A DNA stretch of 62,857 nucleotides, the filler included, from Circinaria calcarea (Eukaryota), in the NCBI GenBank assembly GCA_051942165.1. It is 47 parts of 47 records of this genome, joined end to end, with 100 filler letters (N's around TTAATTAATTAA, not from the genome) between each part and the next. Parts side by side here need not be neighbours in the genome. Positions count along the whole stretch, not along the records: positions 61,632 to 62,857 come from JAVECS010005077.1; 46 more parts are not named here. One strand, written 5' to 3'. Positions within the stretch are counted from its first letter, which is position 1. Each line of letters begins with the position of its first letter. This document shows, piece after piece, positions 62,803 through 62,857 of the stretch. A program made the position numbers and the translations under genes. The notes under the pieces are model-generated. The model was not told the DNA's origin and ran no database searches. It saw only the letters and a list, made by a program, of their open reading frames with translations.

Positions 62803-62857
62803 GTGAGCTCGAGACTATTGGGGTGCCGTTCTGCTGCAGAACACAGATCTGACCTAT

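Overview
This window is not a contiguous locus. It is an artificial concatenation of 47 short contigs (about 1,254 down to 1,227 bp, in descending length order) joined by 46 identical 100-bp linkers (N44-TTAATTAATTAA-N44, a six-frame stop), so gene adjacency across linkers is meaningless. Most contigs are ascomycete (Pezizomycotina) nuclear DNA with spliceosomal introns; several families suggest a lichen-associated fungal assembly (inference). Recognisable genes, mostly partial: She4/CRO1, Kap114, Rae1, Dph1, an SDR, alkaline ceramidase, an MFS transporter, a Pom1-like DYRK kinase, GatA, complete EGD2, a nitrilase, Med18, Sfk1, a truncated PDR ABC transporter, Rtc3, a NADP-dependent alcohol dehydrogenase, Rvs161, Csn6, Def1, Dpb4, Srp68, Erg5 and cell-wall proteins. 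Most notable oddities: (1) a ~290-nt multi-branched folding element upstream of SFK1 that I cannot assign to a known RNA; (2) a Gypsy/chromovirus 3' end with an antisense Cys-cluster ORF, whose LTR family recurs on four contigs with a conserved terminal hairpin; (3) a Copia PPT-LTR-PBS junction; (4) an intronless non-fungal-looking glycosyltransferase-like gene; (5) a 67-bp perfect foldback at a contig end. All gene identifications come from recalled motifs, not database searches.
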